DNA of 63,658 nt, filler included, from Syncephalis fuscata S228 (taxonomy: Eukaryota > Fungi > Zoopagomycota), in the NCBI GenBank assembly GCA_025786725.1. It is 4 parts of 4 records of this genome, joined end to end, with 100 filler letters (N's around TTAATTAATTAA, not from the genome) between each part and the next. Parts side by side here need not be neighbours in the genome. Positions count along the whole stretch, not along the records: positions 1 to 29,889 come from JAHLTZ010000090.1; 3 more parts are not named here. One strand, given 5' to 3'. Of this stretch, positions 12,195 to 22,592 are shown one piece after another. Each line of letters starts with the position of its first letter. Positions within the stretch are counted from its first letter, which is position 1. The translations under genes were made by a program, and so were the position numbers. The notes under the pieces are model-generated. The model saw nothing but the letters and a program-made list of their open reading frames with translations. It did not search any database and had not been told where the DNA came from.

Positions 12195-14122
12195 TTACAA
12201 AGACATGTCACGCACTGTATCAACTTCACCGTCCATCTGATCATCGTTATTAGCATGATGCTGGCTGACAGCATTACTGCGAACAATAACCGGCGCATCA
12301 GAGGGAAGAAAATCATAATCAGCATCGACCTCTTTTTGGGTATAATAATAAAATTGCATAAAAATAGTCATATCGAATATGAGTGTGCCACCACTTCCTA
12401 TTAAGAACGGCAATGCATGCTTGATATTTTCTACGGAAGTCGACCGCGCGAAAATAGAAGCAACATAGGTGAAGTTACCTATGGCGGCAAACATAAACAT
12501 AAACACGGATAATCCCTAGACAAGTTAAATTATTACAATGATTGGTTGGAATAAATATTAAATTATCGCATTTCACTGCTTAGTGTTACAGATCATTACT
12601 TACTTCAGCCGATTGCCGTTTATACTGCACAGATATGGTAGAAATAAGTATGGGTGCTACTATTATAAATTAAAAACTTACATTTTTGTATATCTGTGGT
12701 ATACGTGACGTTAAATAAAGAACCGTGCACGTCCAAGATATAATGATTCCAATATTATCACGTGTAAACCAGCGATCCATAAAGAAATCGGATTCGGTAG
12801 CCTGAGCAATAAATGCACGCCGTGTGAGATGTGACCATGACGTTGAAGTGCTATGGAATACAACGCCGCCATCTCCATTTGCTGATGTATCCAATCCGTT
12901 AGAAAACGGATCAATAAATTGGTAGAAAGCTAGAAATGACACAGCAAATAAAGTAGAGACACTAAATAACATTTCTACATTAGTAGCAATATAATGGTCC
13001 AATTATTAATGCTAAAATTACCTCTGGCGAATAGCCATACTATTACGTCGTGATGTTGTGTAATACGGCACTAGACTGGCGTCTTCAAGTAAAGGTGTAT
13101 TTTCGGTCGATTTAGCATCATTTTCCGATTCACTCTCGCTACTAAGTGGCGGCAATCGATGGCTATGTACCGAATGAACCGATTCGATGCACTCTTCGTC
13201 CGCAGAGAGGATTGTTGGATCTGCCCCATACGCATGGTGCAAATGTTCCTCGGTATTTTGCCGTACTGCTTGCTCAACTTCATGCTGCGGTGCAAACCAA
13301 GCGCCATGGCTATCGACCGACCCAGTCAGACAGTAGCGACGACGCTGACGATGATGGCCGTGTTGATCGTGTGACATAGCCGCCGAATGGGAAGCACGCC
13401 GAGAAATACGCGAGGGTGTTGTGAAATGCCTACGTCTACGTCGGTCCTTTCTACGATAGTAAAAGTATTGACATAGCAATGCCATATCAATCAGACAAAA
13501 ATAAAGTGCCAAGAATATCTACTATTGTTAGTATGTACATAATCTCTCATATACGTAATTATGTAAGTATAATTAAATCAACTCACTTGAAAAGGCAATT
13601 GACGTGTTAATACCGAGCCGATGAAATTGGTAATATCACCTACAAATGAATACAAATCAATGATACGTAATATATTTGTATAAACTGTTGTACTCACCCA
13701 TTAGCCAATTGAATAGGAAGCGCAGACTTAGCGAGGCCGCTGACTGGTTAAGATAGTTGGTATACAATTGACTAAAATCGTTATTAGCTACAGTTTGAAT
13801 AGCATGATTTCATTGGGAACTTGCGGAACTTGAGCGGTTAACCAACTGAAGATAGAAAGATAGCCTAGCCAGATGGGTTTATAAATAAGCTACCTATCAT
13901 TAATATAATGATACAACCCTGCTGACTTACCAAACAGGTTGCTAGTGGCAATACGTGGATCCTCCACGCAAATATTCATCCAATCCTAAATGATAAAGTG
14001 CATTGAGATAGAACAATATAACCTGTTAGTACTCTATAGTTGTAGAAGCAGCGTCTTACATTGAGCCAAGCAAAGAAAGGGGAATAAGGCTCGCAGACAT
14101 GTTCTGGCTTGGTAAAGTCCAT
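12195..14122 (-). CDS. PQ-loop vacuolar cationic amino-acid transporter (YPQ/PQLC2 family), multi-exon
   Basis: Two PQ motifs (WLTAQVPQ; YLTSRIPQIYKN), plus GDITNFIGSVLTRQLPFQ and LPFLIGSGGTLIFD. One intron appears to use a GC donor (GCAAGT near 13825). Confidence 0.9.
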
Positions 14123-14636
14123 ATTGACCGCTATATTGCCAACAGCAATAGACTTATTGCCGTTGTATAACTCGAAACAATATAGAACCAAGCAACTATG
14201 GACAGGCAATACAAAATAATAAACGAATAGTACCAATCGTACGCTATATAATGAGCCGACTATCGACGAACACAAAGTACAAACTGACTGATGACGTTTT
14301 AGTAGCGAGTAAAAGGATAGAGACGCCTTGCTGAAATGCCACTACTGTCACGGCTGCTGTTATTGCTGCTACAACAACAGGTGATAGTAATTGATAGTAC
14401 GAATGAAAGAGCGAAAATAGAAAATACTCAGTGGCCCATTTTGATATCAAGCCAATCAACGACCAATTCACATTGCTTATTGTTTAAGGAGGCAAAAATT
14501 TCGCACGACCTCTGTTTCTATTGCTAACTGTATACGCTTTATTTTCTTTAATTCTACAACCGATAGTAGCATTAGTATACTTGTCGGCAGTATTTAGCTA
14601 CTTATTCGTATATACGTATTTATATATTTAAAGGCC

Positions 14637-15255
14637 ATGCCTATTGGTTATATCTCGCGTATAGAGCACTTTTCTGCTGCTCATCGACTTCATTCGGCAG
14701 CACTGTCGGCCGAGGAGAATCAACTTGTGTATGGCAAGTGCAATCACCCTAACGGTCATGGCCACAATTATAAAGGTAAAGGGCCCTAATCGGCCAGTAT
14801 ATCTAATCAGCAGTTCTATCTAACCAATGGAAATTATGGTTATAGTTCAAGTAACGCTACGCGGTAAAATAGACCCGCAAACAGGTATGGTTACGAATCT
14901 GGTGAATTTAAAAAACTGCCTACAACTAGCAGTTATGGAGCCATTGGATCATCGTAACCTTGTAAGTTGTCATTAAAGTAAAGCGAGTTATTGTAGCAAG
15001 TGGGGCTTATTATAATACGACAGGATATTGATGTGCCGTTCTTTAAAACAAATGTCAGGTAAATTAACCACTAAATTAATCTGATGCAATTTGTATTGAT
15101 ACGCTTATTTATGCAGTACTACTGAAAACGTTGCAGTATTTATTTGGCAGCAAGTAGAAAAGCACATGGCATTAGCTGGTTGTCAAGGCAACTTACATGA
15201 GGTCTGCGTTTGGGAAACTGATCGTAATATGGTCATTTATCGTGGTGAAGAATAG
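14637..15255 (+). CDS. PTS: 6-pyruvoyl-tetrahydropterin synthase, 4 exons, absent from the ORF track
   Basis: Spliced translation [20 protein letters not shown]...[15 protein letters not shown]|[22 protein letters not shown]|DIDVPFF...[11 protein letters not shown]...[15 protein letters not shown]. Catalytic Cys and Zn-binding His residues are present. Confidence 0.95.
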
Positions 15256-16804
15256 GTGGTCATCATAAAAAGTCGTTTGTATTTTGTCTTTTAAATATAT
15301 AATTATTATTATATTATTGTCCGTTACATGTTTTATGATTACAGTCTATTTATATTCATTTAATCTTTATATTTATTACTTTAGTGTGGGTGTTAATGTA
15401 TTTTATAATTATTGATAATGAATGGATTAGTTTGTGTTATTTACGCTCCGCTTATTAATTAATTAACTCACATTTCTATAAATATTGTCTGTCAAGACTT
15501 GTCATTGACTATCTACATCATCGCCTTTCCTCTTCTCTTCTTTACACTTACAACATGTATCCATTGTATATTTCTACAGTCCATATATACTATCCAGATA
15601 GTGCCAGTAGTTGACTGACTATTAGTTAAATACCAGCACTTTTTACATTACCCACAAGCATTGCTCGTTTGTAATCTAACCTTTTCTACTAATTGTTTTC
15701 TCGGCTCTGTATATTGGTATTGGCATACTAACTATATTTTTGGTTTAACGCAGCATTATATTTAAATATATGCTGTGAAATTGCTACTGTGTGCCTTGTT
15801 TTATTGCCAATACTATTAGAAATCGTGCTGATAATAGTGTGCAATCTCGACAGTAGTAGGCCCCATTGTTATATGCGTGCAATTACCAACACAATAGCTG
15901 TATTGTCTATATTTGTTGTTAACTCTCCGGCGATAGAATAATATATAGTAGTGTGCGTATAAAATGGATATGATATGGGTGGATGAGGATATATAAGTAT
16001 ACTGGATATAGACTTACTGAATAATAAATCTGTGATGATGAGCATTTGATGCTTGATGTCACTTACAACCCAACCCATATCATGTTCGATAGAACAAATG
16101 TCTAGCTCAATTGCGCAAATGTTGTTAAATATAAGCTAATTTGAACATTCAAAGACATTGGCATTATAATACGAATGTATTTTTAATGAGCACGGGTGTT
16201 TTTTTAATAAGGATAAATAGGTGGTAATCATTTACGCCATTTTTGAATTAAAAAATATATACATTTTTAGAAAAGTATAATAAAGTTACTTTTGATTACC
16301 GTATTATATTTAATAAATAAATTATCTTTAACTGCTTGCTGCACATGTTAGAAATATATGCTAACGAGTGAGTTGTTTGTCTATGTAATGTGCCTGTGCA
16401 AAAACGATATATTGACCACATGGCACATGTTACAAGTATCGATCGAGTTCACTCTCTACTGCTTGACCTAGGATTGTAGATTAGAATTACTAAAGATGCA
16501 CATTTAAAAGTGATGCTGTGGCATCAGCAATTTTATTTTTTATTTTTTGCCATGTTTGCCGTCAACGTGAAAGGAAATATAATAAAAATAAGTGCAAATG
16601 ATAAATGGCGATTTAAACATAATTTAATTTAACCGCTCGCTAATCATTCAAGTCATTACAATTGATTGCGTAAAAAGGTCGTTTACTATATCTTACGCTT
16701 CCCATATTAAAAAAATGATTTATCTGACATTTTTGCAAAATTGATGTTCAGTCAATATAAGAGATACAAAAAAGGTGTTTTTTATAAAATCAAACAAAAT
16801 AATA

Positions 16805-16895
16805 TATACAAGAGCCATTGGCCTGTCAATAAGTGCTGGCAAATATTGAACCGATGGAAGCATCACAAAGATTTGATTGCTTTTAAAATTGTTAA
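16805..16895 (+). pseudogene. Short Fanzor/TnpB-like fragment homologous to 20130-20215
   Basis: Translates to YKSHWPVNKCWQILNRWKHHKDLIAFKI. Nucleotide direct repeat of the 20.1-kb relic. Confidence 0.55.
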
Positions 16896-17304
16896 TTGAA
16901 TAGTAGTACTAATATAGCTATACTGCTTCATATTGGTGACCGGTTTATAATTCCTGTACAAGTCTGATATTGGTATGCTTGTTCGATTAGTGTTGTTAAT
17001 TATTATATATAAATTAAATATAAACATATGCAACAAATTATTGCCATTATTAAAATGAAACCATAGATTTATTACTATAAGCTTGCACAGTTGAATAGAA
17101 ACAACTAGATGCAATCTTGTTGGTAACATAATGATTCCATTGATTAAAGACTGGATAAACCGGAGCATTGGCCAAAACTTGATATATAGATAGACTGGAC
17201 GGCGTATTTGTCAAATGGTCTTGCTTTTCACCGAATATATACCTAAAGTGTATTGGAATAGTGGTTTGGTTGCACTACCAATGCTAATGTCTTGAAGCCA
17301 TTGA

Positions 17305-19347
17305 TTATTCTGTATTTACAAATAAAAATATTATATGGTACATAATTAATTTATACTCTACTAATATAATACTACTTACTGCCTATTAGTATTAAGTTGT
17401 TGATACACATGGTGCATAACATGTGGTTAGTGCGTAATTAATTAATATATAATACAACCTACATTCATCTAATATTAATTAGTTGATGGATACAGTAAAT
17501 AGCATGTAGTTAGTGAGTAACCAGTTAGTATACAATATAGCTTACCTTCTATTGATATTAATTTATTGCCGCACACATTACATGGTGTATAATCAGTGCA
17601 TAGTTAGTTAGTACATAATACAACTTACTGCCTATTAATATTAAGTTGTTGATGCATATAATACATGACACAATCAATGCATAATTAATTAATACACACC
17701 ATAACTTACATTCTATTATATTAAACAATTAATGCAATTAGCAAATAACATAGTTAATGTATAGTCAGTTAATATACAATACCACTTACCAGCTATTTAT
17801 ATTAAACAATCGGTACAGTCAGTCAATATTATAGTCAATAAGTAGCCAGTTAATATGCAGCACAACTCACCGCCTGTTGGTATTAAGTTGTTGATTTATA
17901 CAGTAAATGGCATGTGGTTAGTACATAGTCAATTAATACAGAATTTCACATACAATCTATTAATAAGGTTGTTGATGTATACAGTATATAGCACATAATT
18001 AGTGTATAGTTAGTTAATATGCAGTGTTACTTACTTTCTATTGATATTAAATAATTGATATAATCAGTAGATAGCACATAATTAGTGCATAGTTAGTTAA
18101 TATTTAATGTTACTTACGACCTATTATATTAAATTGTTGATTTATACAGTACATGGCATGCAATTAGTAAATATTCAATTAATACATAATACAACTTACG
18201 ACCTATTATATCAAGTTGTTCATGCACACAATACATAGTACATAATTAGCTAGTAGCCAATTAATACACAACATAACTTACGAACTATTAATATTAAGTT
18301 GTTGATACACACAGGACATGGTATATAGTTAGTGCATAGTCAATTAATGCGCAATACTACTTACTCTCTATGGTATTAAGTTGTTGATAAACACAATACG
18401 TGACACAATCAGTGAGTAGTCAGTTAACATACAATGTTGCTTACGCGCTAATATATTAAGTTATTAATATACACAATACATGGCACATAATTAATACATG
18501 ATTAGTTAATATACAATGCTACTTACCGCCTATTAATATTAGGTTATTAATATATACAATGCATGATATATGATTAGTTAATACTCAATTAATATATAAT
18601 ATAACCTACATTCTATTAATATTAATTTGTTGATATACACGGTGCACAATATAAATTAGCACACAGTTGGTTAATACACAATACTACTTACTCTCTATGG
18701 TATTAAGTTATTGATACACATAGTGCATGGTATAGAATTAGTGCATAGCCGATTGATATACAATGTTACTTACCGCCTATTAATATTAAGTTGTTAATAC
18801 ACATGGTGCGTAACATATAATTAGTGAATATCAATTATTATATAATACAACTTGCATTTAGCTAATATTAATTAGTTGATGGACACAGTACATAATATAT
18901 AATTAATGTATATTCAATTAATATACAATACAACCTACCAGCTATTGATTTGTTGATGCATACAGTGCATGACATATAATTAATGAATAGAAATTTAATG
19001 CACAGTACAACTTACGATCTATTATATTAAATAATCGGTACAGTCAGTAAATAGCATAGTTAATATATAGTCAATTAATATACACCACAACTTACCCTCT
19101 ATTAATATTAAATAATTGATACAATTAATAAATAGCATGTGATTAGTGCAGTCAATTAATATACAATATCACATACGAGCTATTATAATAATTATTTAGA
19201 AATACCGTTAGTAAATAAAATGCCATATCATATTCATTGTTATTGCAGCATACCACGACGAACTAAGGCTGGTTTAGCATCCACCATGGCCGTAGCGGCT
19301 ATCAAAGCCACAACGACGATGCAAACGACGGCAATGGAAAGCTTCAT
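17305..19347 (-). CDS. Microexon gene A: secreted Cys-rich prepropeptide (57 aa) from 25 exons, 23 of them 3- or 6-nt microexons
   Basis: Exon 1 19347-19254 encodes MKLSIAVVCIVVVALIAATAMVDAKPALVRR plus G. Microexons (lowest + coordinate): CTC 19177, AGG 19096, ATC 19016, CTG 18939, CTAAAT 18856, GCG 18774, AGA 18692, AAT 18610, GCG 18527, CGC 18445, AGA 18365, TTC 18282, GTC 18200, GTC 18118, AAA 18035, ATT 17954, GCG 17871, CTG 17790, AAT 17710, GCA 17629, AAG 17546, ATGAAT 17463, GCA 17380. Last exon 17309-17305 is AA+TAA. Each is flanked by YAG and GTAAG/GTAGG/GTATG/GTGAG (one GCAAG). Joined frame is open: AQDPAKCEKCAQIRRQNCAECKDECK*. Confidence 0.86.
17310..19253. repeat. Diverged ~82-bp tandem array; each unit is one intron plus one microexon of gene A
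   Basis: On the + strand, CTTAC-NNN-CTA-type junctions recur every 77-83 nt. Confidence 0.93.
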
Positions 19348-19482
19348 GGTGATATTGATTTGTTAAGACAAACAAATAAAAGGATAGTAGAGTGTGGTTG
19401 ATATAGAGTGAAGAGTAGTGCGTGTATAGCAAGAAGTAAAGTGTGATAATGTCATTACAATTAGCTGTGTGTATTTTGTGGG

Positions 19483-19491
19483 CTATTTAAA
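19483..19491 (-). promoter_or_regulatory. Putative TATA-like box of microexon gene A
   Basis: TTTAAATAG ~140 nt upstream of the ATG, conserved at the equivalent position of gene B (40970-40978). Confidence 0.4.
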
Positions 19492-20039
19492 TCTATGGCT
19501 ACGCTGAAATCCCAACAAGATGTACTGAATAAACTATTCCATTGATATGTAGTGTGAACCAATAACAATACATCCATGTGGTGGCATGAGGTGCATGCAT
19601 ACTAATGAATCAATGGCATGATAGCATAAGACCCGCCTTTGCTTCGACCTGTTCGGCATCTACACAGCCAATGGTCCAGTATGTGTGTGATAGAGATACA
19701 CGGATTAACCTGTATTTTATTACACAATTCAACTATTGGATGTAAGCTAGCTGTTATGGTGTTCCCTCCTGAACACCACAATATTTGCAACAGTATGATA
19801 GCTTATAATCAAAGAGGATCAAAGTATAATAATGCCCATAAAGTATTGAAACTTTTATTCTATAATAGCATAGTGCCGAATGAAAGATGAAAAGATATGG
19901 CTACAGTTACATTTTCGATGTAATAAAATATATACTAAATAGTAAATTTATTTGTTTAAGCGGGTATTGTTAACATTTTATTAATGTGTAAAACAATATG
20001 TGATTTATAGATGATTGAATAGTAATCCTTTAAAAGAGA

Positions 20040-20440
20040 AAGAAGAGTGGCGTCCAACAAAGCTGCAAGCAACAAAAAAGATGCCACTTAATGCATTCGA
20101 CGATGCACTGTTCAGCAAGCAAAATAACACATACAAGGGCCATCGACTTGTCAATAAGTGCTGGTAAATATTGAAACGATGAGAGCATTGCAAAGATCTA
20201 ATTATACTTAAAATTAATGAGTATTTTTCTTTTCAGGTAAGTATTTAACATAGTCATTCATTATTTAACAAATCGGTTACTTTATAGATTTATTATGTTT
20301 GTAAAAAAGATTAGTATAAAAAATCCACCAACACACCATCTTGGCCTACTAGAGCTGTCAGGTGGTGTGGAATCAAGATACTATGGCAGATCGGCAGAGC
20401 TTGCCAGACCATCTCAAACCAACTCAATCACCGTCGAGAG
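20040..20440 (+). pseudogene. Intron-containing Fanzor/TnpB-like pseudogene fragment (second subfamily)
   Basis: KMPLNAFDDALFSKQNNTYKGHRLVNKCW*ILKR*EHCKDLIILKINEYFSFQ, then a GT-AG intron at 20237-20287, then IYYVCKK and, after a frameshift, SCQVVWNQDTMA. This is the order expected for the TnpB/Fanzor C-terminus. Confidence 0.65.
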
Positions 20441-20827
20441 TACGGATTCAAGCATCTCTGACATCTAGGCGGAGAATGATTTGGATATCAAAGGTATGTG
20501 GATTTAAATGTCTAAAACAGCAATTACTGAATAGATAATGTATCATATTAAATTTATACGTATTTGTTTACCTCAATCGACAATCCATGTCACATTCTTC
20601 ATTTTTCATAATCACATGTTTCAATATATTGTGGATGGAAAAAACGGTTTGTTTCTCTTATCTTGCCGACTCTTCGTCTTTAGCTTGTAATTGTAGCTAT
20701 TCCCTCTTTATCGCCCCGTCTAACTGCGCTCCATTACTCATAGCAAAAACTTTTACGCTTATCGTTCTATTGACCAGTAAAGCAAGTGTGTGAAGCTTAA
20801 ACACTGTCACGAGTTATACGCAACAAC

Positions 20828-22380
20828 ATGTCTACCAGTGGTGTAAGTAGCCGTGTTGACCATACTATTTAGTAGTAATAAAGTATAATAGCCAATGTCT
20901 GCTGTCGTGGACCCTATTGCCAATGCAATGGATCCTTATGTCCGTCGGGCAACAGCCTCGCTCTTCTCTCCTCGAACGCAAAATGTCGTGATTAAGCTAG
21001 TGGTGGCGTTATTTGCCGTGACCGCCATGATTGGAGCAGCTGTTGTGGCCTACGCTGGCTTCTATTACTTTTACGTACCAAAAGTTGCTCACTCGGCACC
21101 TGTCTATCTTGATTTCGGGTAAGTACCATTAATAAATACTAATTGTATTAATCAATATACTTGAATGTTTGTTAGATCAACAGCTCATCCAATGGCCCGT
21201 GTTGATTTCGATACAATGAAGGAACACCAAGTAAGCGCTGTCGTGTGATACTATCATTAATGAACGCTTGAAAACTAATAGTACCACAATACTAATTTGT
21301 AGTTTCTTTCCTATGATCAAGATTATGATGTTACAGTAGATATGTATCTACCCAATTCAGATCGCAACTATGAAATTGGTAAGCTATTAATAATCACCGA
21401 ATATTTACTATTAAATACTAATTCATAATATTAAAGGCAATTTTATGGTTAAAGTGGATCTAGTGGCCGATGATGGCACCATTGTTCATTCTTCTAGTCG
21501 ACCAGTAAGTTTATTGTAAGATAATATTCAATTCTAACATCAATGGCAGGCCATTATGAAGTTCCAATCACCTTTATTACGTTTGGCGAATACAGTTACT
21601 CGAGTTCTTTTCCTAATTGCTGGTTGGAGTGCTGAAGCCCAAGAAATCAATCTATCCTTAATGGAGGGTGTTAATGATTCATATGTAAGTAATTTAGTAA
21701 TAATGTAATTAAATATAATGTTGATCATTGATATCTATTGATGATAGGAACATCCCATCTCTCATGCTATTGTTACACTCGGTGATCCCCGTGTCATGCT
21801 TTATTCAATGGATATGCATATTCGGGCACACTTTAAAGGTCTACGGTAATGATTACTATTTATATTTATACTGACTTGATACTAATATTTATTTATTTAT
21901 TTATTTACAATGATCAGATACCTTATGTATTACTGGTCTGTCCCTACAAGTATTATCTTTGTCGGCACCTTTGTTTTATGGTCACTTTTGTTTGCCGCTA
22001 TCGCTTGGCGTTCTCTCGCCCAGTGGTGGAGTGCACGTGCAGCCAATGCTTATGAGGCGGCAATGTCATTTGGTGAAGAGGAAGAGTATACACTGGCTGA
22101 CAATGATGCCAATGCCACCATGACAACTGGATATGATTCAGAACTGGCATCTCATGGCACATCTGGCCATCAGCCACTAACCACTACACTATCATCTTCC
22201 GATGAAGGTGAACTTCATAATGGTGAAGGTGGAGACGATGACCAAGTAGTGCCTGATTGGTCACAGAACCGTTCAGAAAGCCGTTCTTCATTCGATGTAG
22301 TTGATGATGAAATGGATCCACAAGGTGACAAGGCGGCATCTGGTGGTGATTATCCAGGATTACGTCGTCGTCAACTATAA
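20828..22380 (+). CDS. Seipin (BSCL2/Fld1 family), multi-exon
   Basis: TM1 followed by YAGFYYFYVPKV..PVYLDFG, QDYDVTVDMYLPNSDRNYEIGNFMV, SSRP and AHFKGLRYLMYYW, then TM2 and an acidic tail. Confidence 0.92.
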
Positions 22381-22592
22381 CTATCTATATTACTGGATAA
22401 CTACTCGTAAGAAGTACATTTGATTAAATGGATGATGTCGAGTAGTATAGCGATATTAACACCATTATAGTTATTCTATTCTTTTATTAATAGTATGTGG
22501 GTGTGGAATAATAGTAGAAATCCAATTAAAAATAAATTAGTCGTATTTCTATATATATATATATATGTGTGTGTATGTTATTTATTCTTTGT

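Noticed and set aside
17310-19253. CRISPR array or plain minisatellite interpretation of the 82-bp periodic arrays (also 38458-40738)
   Set aside because: The context is eukaryotic, with no identical repeat/unique spacer alternation and no cas genes. The best-conserved positions are splice signals and the variable triplets join into open frames.
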